Assembly: GCA_000175855.1 (NCBI GenBank)
Contig: ACYB01000008.1
Coordinates: 1 to 26,065, forward strand
Reading direction: 5' to 3'
Source: Raphidiopsis brookii D9
GTDB taxonomy: Bacteria > Cyanobacteriota > Cyanobacteriia > Cyanobacteriales > Nostocaceae
Length of the DNA stretch: 26,065 bases
Numbering within the stretch: the stretch's first letter is position 1; every line of letters begins with the position of its first letter. The translations under genes were made by a program, and so were the position numbers. The notes beneath the pieces were generated by a model that saw only the letters and a list, made by a program, of their open reading frames with translations, was not told where the DNA came from and ran no database searches. This document shows positions 1 through 8,998 of the stretch, piece after piece.

Positions 1-7
1 GTTACGC

Positions 8-1528
8 TTACTGCGACTGAAAAATTAACCCCACTTCATGACTGTTTTTCCCTGGTTCTCCTCTATATTTTTGTGCATAGTTACATTCCCGTATCTGTTT
101 GAGAGCTAGGTTCTCTTTCACATTCTCTCCATCTACTACTTTGATTTCCATCACGTAAATATGATCACCTAAGATGGCAGTTATGTCCACTTGACCATAA
201 TTGGTGATATCTTCGGGGATGATGCGCGCATTTAAGGAACTCAAGAAAGCATATAGTACAGAAGCGTAGTAGCCCTCGAAATTAGTCAGGTCGTTGTTGG
301 TGAAGTTGCGCCATGGTATGGAAGCAAATAGTCGTCTGACCGTGTCCAAAAACCCATTCACATTACCTTGAAACAAGTATTCATATAAAGGTCTCTGAAT
401 ACCCAATTTCTCTTCTACAAAGTCGGTGTAGGCATTGACTAATTGGTCTCCCAGGGCGACTTTCACTTCCTGATTGGGGATTTTCAGTCGGAACATGTAA
501 CGTTCCATAGCAATAAAGGTGCTCTCAATAGTCAAATACCCCGATTGGAATAATAGGGTGACTGGGTTAATTCGTTCTATTTCAAAGGACTTTAAAATCT
601 CCTCGGTTACTTCCAGATGCTCCAGGTTGGGGAGGAAGTAGCGGTTGGTCTGAAACAGCTTAATTAAAAAGGTGGGGTTCCCTGTCTCAAACCAGTAGTT
701 CCCATACTCCATTCCCTCCCGGATAAACAGTAGGATATCATAGGGGTTATATACGGAATCACCACGCCACGAGTATCCATTATACCAGAGGCGCAGTTTG
801 TCCCAGTCTACTCCTTGTAAGTGCTGGGCAAAGGTTTGCTCCAAATCTTCCTGGGTGTACCCACAAATGGTGGAAAAGTCCCTACTGATGGTAATGTCGG
901 TGAGTTGATTTAACCCACTAAAAAGACTGACTTTGGAGAATTTGGTGACCCCAGTCATGAAGATGAACTGAATGTTGGCATCCTGTTGCTTGAGAACGGA
1001 GTATAGATTCTTGAGTCCTTCTCTCATTTCACCAGCAATAGATGGATTGTCGATGTTGTCCAGGATGGGTTTATCGTATTCATCTACCAGTACCACAGCA
1101 CGTTCTCCATATTTTGCCATGGCTTTACGAATCAGAGTTCCTAATTTTCCTGGTATATCTGTTGACTCGTAGGATACACCCAGATGCTCTGCATTTTCCT
1201 GCAGAATATCCAGTATACGCAGATCTAACTCTTGTCGGTTTTTTAATACCCCGCCAGCAAAGTCTATTTTAATGACTGGGAATTTTCTGCTCCAGTCCCA
1301 CTGGTCATAGATATAAAGCCCCTCAAACAATTTCTGATTCCCCTCGAAAATCTCCTTCAGGGTATCTACAAACAGACTTTTGCCAAAACGCCGAGGACGA
1401 GATAAAAAGAAGCGTCCAGGAATACGTATCAGACGGTGAGCTATTTCCGTTTTGTCCACATAGACGCAATTGTTTTCCCGCAGCACACTCAGAGTGTTAA
1501 TTCCCAATGGGAGATTTTTGGGGTTCAT
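8..1528 (-). CDS. AAA-ATPase-like / PD-(D/E)XK nuclease superfamily protein (DUF1703-like); 3' end probably frameshifted and continuing past the window edge
   Basis: N-terminal FLSRPRRFGKSLFVDTL (P-loop-like), VVLVDEYDKPI, and C-terminal VDITAILGDHIYVMEIKVVDGENVKENLALKQI...YAQKYRG nuclease-like motif. Terminal ..GLIFQSQ* becomes ..GLIFSRSKRN if one base is removed from the A5 run at 20-24. Confidence 0.85.
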   Translation of the reverse strand: MNPKNLPLGINTLSVLRENNCVYVDKTEIAHRLIRIPGRFFLSRPRRFGKSLFVDTLKEIFEGNQKLFEGLYIYDQWDWSRKFPVIKIDFAGGVLKNRQELDLRILDILQENAEHLGVSYESTDIPGKLGTLIRKAMAKYGERAVVLVDEYDKPILDNIDNPSIAGEMREGLKNLYSVLKQQDANIQFIFMTGVTKFSKVSLFSGLNQLTDITISRDFSTICGYTQEDLEQTFAQHLQGVDWDKLRLWYNGYSWRGDSVYNPYDILLFIREGMEYGNYWFETGNPTFLIKLFQTNRYFLPNLEHLEVTEEILKSFEIERINPVTLLFQSGYLTIESTFIAMERYMFRLKIPNQEVKVALGDQLVNAYTDFVEEKLGIQRPLYEYLFQGNVNGFLDTVRRLFASIPWRNFTNNDLTNFEGYYASVLYAFLSSLNARIIPEDITNYGQVDITAILGDHIYVMEIKVVDGENVKENLALKQIRECNYAQKYRGEPGKNSHEVGLIFQSQ

Positions 1529-1731
1529 ACTAATTAATATCTGCTTATTAGTTCATCCTATTTTATCTTAATTTATTTCCAACTCGCTTGAATGAGATTA
1601 CTTTTGCTGCAGCTGAACCTGCATTATTTGTCAGGTGGATTGCGGGTTTTAACTATTTTTGTTAAGATACTGGGTGAAACTAGCAAATAAATAGCAGATA
1701 AATATTCAAACTCTTAACACCAGTAGGATTA

Positions 1732-2569
1732 ATGATGAATACAAACGAGTTAAAATTTATGCTCAAGTTATTGGGGTATCAAACTTATCGCGGTAACTGG
1801 AGTTTGTTTAAAGATAAAGAAAAGACAAAAGTTTGCCAAGAGTTGGAGAGAAGAGAATACGTAGATTACTCGCGGGAAATCGTTTCAGCACAAATATTGC
1901 CTGCCGGTAAAGCTTTATTACAAATTGAAACATCTCAATTACCCATAACAGCAGAAGAACTCAAAGTGCTGGAAAAAATAGCTAAAGCTGGTAAAAAAAT
2001 TGCCCCCAGTGCAATAAAAATTACAAAATTAAAAGTCCGATCAAAAAGAGGTAATCCTAAAAACCCTAGGTGAAAGGGGTTTGATTAAAACAGAATTGAA
2101 GATTAAAAAAAACCAAGCCGAGGTTTGGTTAACGGATAGGGGATTGGAGTTTTTACGGAGTGAGTATATACCCAGTAAAACTTATAACCCAGCAATAAGT
2201 TTGGAACTTCTCGGTAATTACATACGGTTTTTACGTAAGAATGCAATCCCAGCAGACCCATCAGGAGCTAAACCGGTAGTTGATAAAATCACCGACAGAA
2301 AAATCACTGACGAGGAAATTTTACAAACTATTAAAAATCTAGATAGAGAACTGGGTACGGAAAATTATTTACCCATCTTCCATCTTAGGGAAAAACTACA
2401 ACCACCCCTATTAAGAGATGAAGTGGATCAGGCATTATATAGATTACAAAAAAGTGACAAGATCGACTTTAGTTCCCTGCAAGAGGTCACTGCTTATACT
2501 CCAGAGCAGATTGATGCGGGAATTCCCCAGAATATTGGTGGTCAACTATTTTTCATTATGGTTAATTGA
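1732..2569 (+). CDS. Uncharacterised protein, probably winged-helix-like, upstream partner of the ATPase at 2669; split by a 1-nt frameshift into ORFs 1732-2073 and 2081-2569
   Basis: ORFs lie in adjacent frames. Removing one A from the A5 run (2059-2063) gives continuous ..KRGNPKTLGERGLIKTELKIKKNQAEVWLTDRGLEFL... Homology not checked. Confidence 0.55.
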
Positions 2570-2668
2570 CACCTTAAGCACTTTCATTTTATGCTTTTTT
2601 AGTTGGTTTACTTTTAGTTACTTTTAGTTACTTTTAATCCTGTTTACCCTTTTCATTAAGGTCCCTCT

Positions 2669-4807
2669 ATGACACACATCGATGAGATTATCAAACGCCA
2701 GGTTAACCCCTTTGACTCTATAGAGTTAAAGCCCAGTGATTTTTGGGAAGAAGAGCAAGACTCTGCAGGAATGGTGGAATCAATTCACCAAGAAGCAATA
2801 GACCAAATTACAGAGTTACTTAACCTGGTAGCTCAGGATCATCGTAGTCGGACAGTCTTGTTACAAGGTAATTCCGGATCTGGTAAAAGTTACCTCTTAG
2901 GTCGGCTGAAGCGAAAACTGAATTCCAAGGCATTTTTCGCCTATATTTTCTGTAATTGGAGTAGCTCTGGTTATATCTGGCAACATATTCTGCGTCGTAC
3001 TGTGGATAGTTTACTTCAAGTTCCCGATGGTGAAAAAGAATCCCAGTTAATGTTGTGGTTACAAAGTTTGACTGCATTTACCACTATGGGTAATACGAAA
3101 AAACAACCAATACTTAATCTCAACTTTTGGCAAACCCTAAAAAGCGATCGCCAAAAATTCATCAAACACCTAAAGGACACTTACAAAAAAGTCAGGATTT
3201 ATAATCCCGATGCCTTTTTCGGAGTATTGCATGATCTAACAAATCCTGACTTATATGATATAGCTGCTGAATGGCTAAGGGGAGATGACCTGAGTGAAGA
3301 GTCAATGAAGCTAATTAAAGTTAAGAGTTCTATTGACACAGAAGAAGGTGCCAAGAATATTTTGGCAAACTTTGGCAAAATTTCCAGCCAAACCCAACCA
3401 ATAGTCCTATGTTTTGATAATTTGGATACCATGCCTCAATTACCCGGTGGTTTACTAGATATCCAACCATTTCTGAATGTTAACACCAGCATCCACGGTG
3501 ATAAGCTAAAAAATTTCCTAGTAATTATCAGTGTTATTACCAATACCTGGAACAGGCATAAGGACCGGATTTATCAAGCGGATACAGCGCAAATACATCC
3601 AGTAATTGGACTGAAGAATATTAGTATAGAGCAAGCAGAGGCACTATGGGAGTATCAACTAAAACCATTACACAAACTAGCCCATCCCATACCTAAATCT
3701 CGTCTTTTCCCGCTAGATAGAGGCATTTTAGAAGAATACTGCCCTGGTGGCAAAACCATGCCTAGAAATGTATTAGAGCTGGGTCGGAGCGAATATCAAA
3801 GATATAAGAAGACATTAGTTGAGGGTGGAAATTATCGAGATAAAAGCCAAGAGCAAAAATATACAAATACATCAGTCCAGAATGGAAATGATGGTAATAA
3901 GAAGCAAGATCAAGAATCTAATAGTACATTAGTTGAGAGTGGAAATAATGGTGAAAAACCAGACAACAAAACAGAGAAACACTTTCTTTTATCATGGCAA
4001 AGTGAATATAAAAAAACTCAGACAAAATTCACCAAAATCTCTTTGTTGTCATCATCTGACCTAACCCAGATGCTAGAATATGCCATCTGTGCCTTGAATG
4101 TTCCTGGAATTGAAACCAAATTGATCAGTGGTAAATATGCTACCTATTCCTTTAGTTATATTCATCCTGAAAATAATCAAAGAATTGGTATTGTCTGGAC
4201 AGAAGATCCTAATATGAACAGCTTCTATCATATTATGAATGCTTGTCAAACAGCGATCGGAGGAAAGTCTTGTCAAACCATATACCTAATTCGGAATGGG
4301 GATGTGGGAAAACCTCACACATCTGGCAATCAAATGTACAGACAGATTTTCGTAAATACCAATCATCGTCATGTTAAGCCGAATTTAAAATCGGTTCAGT
4401 ATTTAGCAACCTACCAAAGTTTGGTAAACTCTGCCAAATCGCAAGATCTAGTGGTTAATGGTGAAACAATTGATTTACCGAGATTAGAAGAATTGATTAG
4501 AGAGTTAAAAGTTCTGCACAAATGTGATTTATTACAGGATTTAGGAATTGTTGAGAAAAAGAATGTTGATAGAGAGGTTAATGATGGAGGGAATCGACAC
4601 GAAGTGAAAGAATACATATTTACTTTGCTTGGAACCCAGCAAATGATGTCCGTGAGTGTTTTGATTTCTACTACTAGCAGTCATTTTTCCGACATTCAAA
4701 GAGATGAGATTGAACAGTTAATTAATTCATTGTGTCAAGAAAACAAAGCTAAAATTATTGACCCAACATGCAAACAAGAGGAGCAAATAATTTGTTGGTG
4801 TGCTTAA
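2669..4807 (+). CDS. Large P-loop (AAA/STAND-like) ATPase of unknown function with C-terminal winged-helix-like tail
   Basis: Intact 712-aa ORF; Walker A LLQGNSGSGKSYLLGRL, Walker B-like PIVLCFDNLD; C-terminal VKEYIFTLLGTQQMMSVSVLIS...IEQLINSLCQENKAKIIDP resembles a small helix-turn-helix. Confidence 0.75.
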   Translation: MTHIDEIIKRQVNPFDSIELKPSDFWEEEQDSAGMVESIHQEAIDQITELLNLVAQDHRSRTVLLQGNSGSGKSYLLGRLKRKLNSKAFFAYIFCNWSSSGYIWQHILRRTVDSLLQVPDGEKESQLMLWLQSLTAFTTMGNTKKQPILNLNFWQTLKSDRQKFIKHLKDTYKKVRIYNPDAFFGVLHDLTNPDLYDIAAEWLRGDDLSEESMKLIKVKSSIDTEEGAKNILANFGKISSQTQPIVLCFDNLDTMPQLPGGLLDIQPFLNVNTSIHGDKLKNFLVIISVITNTWNRHKDRIYQADTAQIHPVIGLKNISIEQAEALWEYQLKPLHKLAHPIPKSRLFPLDRGILEEYCPGGKTMPRNVLELGRSEYQRYKKTLVEGGNYRDKSQEQKYTNTSVQNGNDGNKKQDQESNSTLVESGNNGEKPDNKTEKHFLLSWQSEYKKTQTKFTKISLLSSSDLTQMLEYAICALNVPGIETKLISGKYATYSFSYIHPENNQRIGIVWTEDPNMNSFYHIMNACQTAIGGKSCQTIYLIRNGDVGKPHTSGNQMYRQIFVNTNHRHVKPNLKSVQYLATYQSLVNSAKSQDLVVNGETIDLPRLEELIRELKVLHKCDLLQDLGIVEKKNVDREVNDGGNRHEVKEYIFTLLGTQQMMSVSVLISTTSSHFSDIQRDEIEQLINSLCQENKAKIIDPTCKQEEQIICWCA

Positions 4808-4844
4808 TCTTTTAAGCAATTAATTTGCCTTCATTTAACAAAGG

Positions 4845-5460
4845 ATGTACAATAATAGAGGTGAAGCAAAAACTTTGTTGCCTAGGGGTATACAAATGCA
4901 TATTTCAGATGGTGAAAGGTTTATGATTTCCATGGTTAGCGATTTGGCTCGCAGAATGGCCATTGCCAACCCTAAAATTAGAAAATCCATTGAAAGGCAA
5001 GGGGATTATTTTAATTGATGAAATTGACCTGCATTTACACCCCCGCTGGCAAAGAATGATAGTACCAAAATTAGCAGAAATTTTTTCAGCTTGTCAGTTC
5101 ATCTTTTCCACTCATTCCCCTAGTATTATAACACATGTTCACCCGGAAAATATTTTGTTATTGAAATTGGAAAAAGGAGTTATTTCAGTTAGTAACCCAT
5201 CAAATTCCTATCTTTCTGCTATTTATCAAATGATTGATAATAATAATGTAGCTTTAGGTAGCACCAAAGAGCAATTTGAGCGGGAGGTTAAATGGGCAAT
5301 GGCAATCAAACTTTTTGAAATGAAGTGGCTTTCATCGGGCATGGCTGCCAGTTTATTAGGGGTAAACAGGACTACCTTTTTAATGAAACTTGCTGATTAC
5401 AATATTCCGCTTATTGACCTAACAGAAGAAGAATTATTATCTGATTTAGCAAATGCCTAA
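4845..5460 (+). pseudogene. N-terminally truncated AAA_21/RecF/ABC-like ATPase remnant (signature plus Walker B) with UPF0175-like C-terminus; internal 1-nt frameshift
   Basis: Frame 1: MYNNRGEAKTLLPRGIQMHISDGERFMISMVSDLARRMAIANPK. Frame 2 (ORF 4963-5460): LENPLKGKGIILIDEIDLHLHPRWQRMIVPKLAEIF..FIFSTHSP. They join on removing one A from the A4 run at 4974-4977. No Walker A is present. C-term: EQFEREVKWAMAIKLFEMKWLSSGMAASLLGVNRTTFLMKLADYNIPLIDLTEEEL. Confidence 0.7.
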
Positions 5461-5551
5461 AACCGAGAAAATTGTCATCAACACATCTCCCTTAATTGCC
5501 CTAGTTGCTGCTTGGGGTGATTTAAGTATTTTATCATGTTAATCTATCGCA

Positions 5552-5600
5552 TTACGTCTAATCTAACCTTGACGTTAAGGGCAGAGCTGCCTATAATTAT
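5552..5600 (+). repeat. Imperfect direct repeat copy A, upstream of the exonuclease/nuclease/FtsK gene
   Basis: TTACGTCTAATCTAACCTTGACGTTAAGGGCAGAGCTGCCTATAATTAT aligned by eye to 8406-8456. Confidence 0.6.
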
Positions 5601-5747
5601 AGCAGTAATAGCAAAAGCTGTTTTAACCACTTTTTCTATCAATAAGTTGCCAGAATAAAGCAAGTTATAGGTGATGATCCTGTCACCGTAATACTCCTCT
5701 CCTTGTTATACTTAAATTATTAAATTCTTTGTTAAGATGTCCCAAAA

Positions 5748-8404
5748 ATGCACTACCTAACAGATGTCACGGAAATCTACCGGCAAATTTCTCAGCTCAC
5801 CAGATTTAGGACCTTGTGGTTAGATACAGAAATAGCTAACTGGAATACTCCATACCCAAGATTATCCCTCATTCAAGTACTGGCTTATCCCAGTGATTTA
5901 ACGGGTGAATTCGCCTATATTTTTGATGTCTTAGATAAACCTGATTTGACCGCCTATTTTATCCAGCATATCATGGTTAATTCTAACATTCAGAAAGTAT
6001 TTCATAATGCAGATTTTGACTTAAAATACTTAGGCAAAAATCAAGCTCAAAATGTTGTTTGCACCTTCAAACTAGCCAAAAAAATTAATCGGAAAGTTCT
6101 CCAAACTACTAACCTAAAACTTAAAAACCTTAGCTGTTGAACTGTGCCAATTTTCCGATGTAGATCCAGAAATGGGGACAAGTGATTGGGGAGAACGTCC
6201 TCTTTCTTCCAGACAACTAAAGTATGCTGCCATGGATGTGATCTATTTAGCAGCTGTTCATCATCGTTTACTGGAAATATCTGACCCCAATGCTGTCAGT
6301 ACTATTTTTAGTATTAGTTTTGATAGTAGTTTTAATGGCAATTTTGATAATAGTAACGATAGTAATCTTAATAACTGGGATAACCGGGTAAATCTCGAAA
6401 GAGAAAATTCTCCTTTCAGTCCCACAAAACTGAGATTAGCTTTTGAGTGTCCTCGGCTATTTTATCTCAATTACAAATTTAATTGTAAGTCCATATTTAT
6501 TCCAGCAGATTCCACTCCTGGGATTGGTAATATTTTTCATCAATTGGCAGATAATTTAATTGATGTATTACTTACCGATCCGAGCTTTACAAATTTATTT
6601 ATTCCGCCTTCAGACCAACTAGATGTGGAGAAATTGGCAGCTCAAATTCAGAGATTATTCTATCAAATTAGCTTTTTCCCCTATTTACAAACAACTATCT
6701 CACAGGAAAAAAGTAAAGGAGTCTTATTATATAAAGTTTGGGCTAGATTACAAGAGCTAATTAAAAAGATCACTAAGTTGCTAGTTGATAATCGACGTTA
6801 TTGTACTGCCAAAGCATTAATGGCTAATACTTTTATTAATGAAGATCGCAATTTAGAATATGATTTCAATTTACCAGACGGTACAAAGGAACTAATTAGG
6901 GGTAAATATGACTGCTTAGTGTTTAGTTTTGCCAGCCAAAGGCTTTCAGTCATAGAATTTAAAACTTATCAACCGATGGATATATCGGGACAATTAGCTC
7001 AGACTGCTATTTATAGCTATATGCTATCCCAGCGAAAAAAAATGCCTGTTGATTCTGCTGTTTATTGTTTTTTGCCTGAGTTTCAGGAATATACATATAC
7101 ATGGGAACAGCTAGAAAATACTACTCATCAAATAATTCATCACAAGTTATTACAAATGCGACAGTGGTCGGGTTGGGAATCCCCTCAACCAAATCCACCT
7201 CCAATGACAACCCAGACCCATTTGTGTCAAATTTGTCCTGAACAACAAAGGTGTCAAACTTTTTTTGCTGCTGAGGTTACCACTCCCCAATCCACTCAAG
7301 CTATTCAATCTATTCAACTCCCTAAAATCAATGAAATCCCAGAACCTAAAATTGTTGACGCAAATGCAATAGAAGTGAAACTAGTCAACACCTTGGCATC
7401 TTTTGGTATTGGTGTAGAGTATCAAGGTACTATGGTAGGACCAGCATTTATACGAGTAAAACTGAAACCTCATTTGGGTGTCAAAGTCAATTCTTTTGTT
7501 GAAATTGTCTAAAGATTTACAGGTGCAATTAGAGCTAGAAAACCCACCCTTAATAGCATCCCAAGCTGGCTACGTCAGTGTTGATTTACCTCGTAAAGAC
7601 CGACAAATTGCCAGGTTTGAAGATTATATCCAAAGGAATTTTTACCTCCAACCGCTAAGTTAGAAATTGCCCTTGGTGTGAACATTGATGGTCATTTACT
7701 AGAAGCAGATTTGTCTGATTCTAACACCTGTCATTTTTTGGTGGGTGGAACAACAGGAAGTGGCAAAAGCGAGTTTTTAAGATCCTTGCTGCTCAGTTTA
7801 CTCTATCGACATTCTCCTCAACACCTAAAAATTGTTTTAGTGGATCCTAAAAGAGTGACTTTTCCTGAATTTGAACGAATTCCCTGGTTGTATTCACCAG
7901 TTGTCAAAGATAGCGATCGCGCTGTAGAAATAATGGGTGAATTAGTAGCAGAAATGGACTCTCGATATCAAAAATTTGAGCTAGTTAAATGTCCGAACAT
8001 AACGACTTATAATCAAAATTCAGGTAAAATTTTACCCCGTTTAGTTTGTATATTTGACGAATATGCGGACTTCATGGCAGAAAAAGAAATCCGAAGTGTT
8101 TTAGAGCAGAGTATCAAACGTTTAGGAGCAATGGCCAGAGCAGCGGGAATACATCTAATTATTTCCACCCAGCGTCCAGAAGCTGGTGTTGTCACCCCCA
8201 TCATTCGTTCAAACCTCCCCGGAAGAATTGCCCTGCGCACCTCAAGTGCTGCGGACTCTCAGATTTATTTTAGGTGCCAAGATATCACAAGCAGCAGATT
8301 TATTGGGTAAAGGGGATTTAGTTTATCCAGTTGGTTCCCAATTACAAAGAATCCAAAGCCTATTTGCCGAAAAAATCCATCTTGACATGTTCACAAGTAT
8401 TTAA
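5748..8404 (+). pseudogene. Frameshift-interrupted multidomain gene: DEDDy 3'-5' exonuclease + Cas4/RecB-like PD-(D/E)XK nuclease + FtsK/HerA-type DNA translocase
   Basis: ORFs 5748-6140, 6172-7512, 7478-7663, 7678-8310 and 8186-8404 are collinear and join by four 1-nt corrections. Motifs: LDTEIA, HNADFD, YAAMD (DEDDy); GKYDC, VIEFKTY, QLAQTAIYSYML, ECPRLFYL and CQICPEQQRC; GGTTGSGKS and LVCIFDEYADFM. Confidence 0.8.
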
Positions 8405-8405
8405 C

Positions 8406-8456
8406 TTACGTCTGATCCAACCTTGACATTTAAGGAAAGACGCGCCTATAATGATT
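8406..8456 (+). repeat. Imperfect direct repeat copy B, immediately downstream of the same gene
   Basis: TTACGTCTGATCCAACCTTGACATTTAAGGAAAGACGCGCCTATAATGATT aligned by eye to 5552-5600. Confidence 0.6.
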
Positions 8457-8566
8457 GGAAATTAGTAACAAAAAATGCCTAAAATCAGTGAAAACCCTGA
8501 AAAGTAGAAATCAGGGGCAAGGGGAATCTCTCCCCAAGCGTGAGTTCTGTCCATGGGTGGGGAGTG

Positions 8567-8923
8567 TCAAAGTTCAGAAGTTTTGCAATTCAATAATTGC
8601 GCCAGTTGTGTCTCTAATTCACCCGCAGTGATGACTCCGACATCCACCATGACCCTTTCTAGGGCGGTTAGCCAGCACTGGTAATAGTCCCAGTCAGGGT
8701 CGTCCAGTGCATGGGTGGTCTCCCACTCTTTGATGGTGGCCATGAGGGTTTGCCGAAAGTCTTCCCACTCGTAATAGCCCTGTTTAGAGAGGGCGATCGC
8801 CACACCAAAGGCCATCTTTTTCCAATCGCGATCAAAATGGAGATGCCCATCCTTGCGCGGTGGTGCTTCTTTAGGATTTCCCATTAGGCTGGTAGCCGCA
8901 AAATGCTCAAATTTAGTAAACAT
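8567..8923 (-). CDS. Nitrile hydratase accessory/activator-type protein (beta-subunit N-terminus-like)
   Basis: 118-aa ORF KDGHLHFDRDWKKMAFGVAIALSKQGYYEWEDFRQTLMATIKEWE, located immediately downstream of the nitrile hydratase alpha gene on the same strand. Confidence 0.75.
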   Translation of the reverse strand: MFTKFEHFAATSLMGNPKEAPPRKDGHLHFDRDWKKMAFGVAIALSKQGYYEWEDFRQTLMATIKEWETTHALDDPDWDYYQCWLTALERVMVDVGVITAGELETQLAQLLNCKTSEL

Positions 8924-8998
8924 CGGTGGTGTCTCTCACTATTGAGGGGCAGAGTCCGGGGGAATGTCAAAGACCTAGACTCCGCATTGATAAGGGGG

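Noticed and set aside
5748-8404. Five separate small genes, or programmed ribosomal frameshifting, in the exonuclease/nuclease/FtsK region
   Set aside because: The breaks fall inside conserved domains and involve different short runs with no clear conserved slippery signal. Similar breaks occur in hemL and hemE, so indel error or decay is the simpler explanation.
8521-8535. GGGGAATCTCTCCCC hairpin as a terminator of the nitrile hydratase block
   Set aside because: The stem is only about 5 bp and no convincing U-tract follows on the minus strand, so it is too weak to list as a feature.
8668-8850. Minus-strand ORF 8668-8850 and plus-strand ORF 8903-9178 as additional genes in the nitrile hydratase cluster
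   Set aside because: Both overlap conserved nitrile hydratase genes in other frames and have low-complexity or unrecognisable products.
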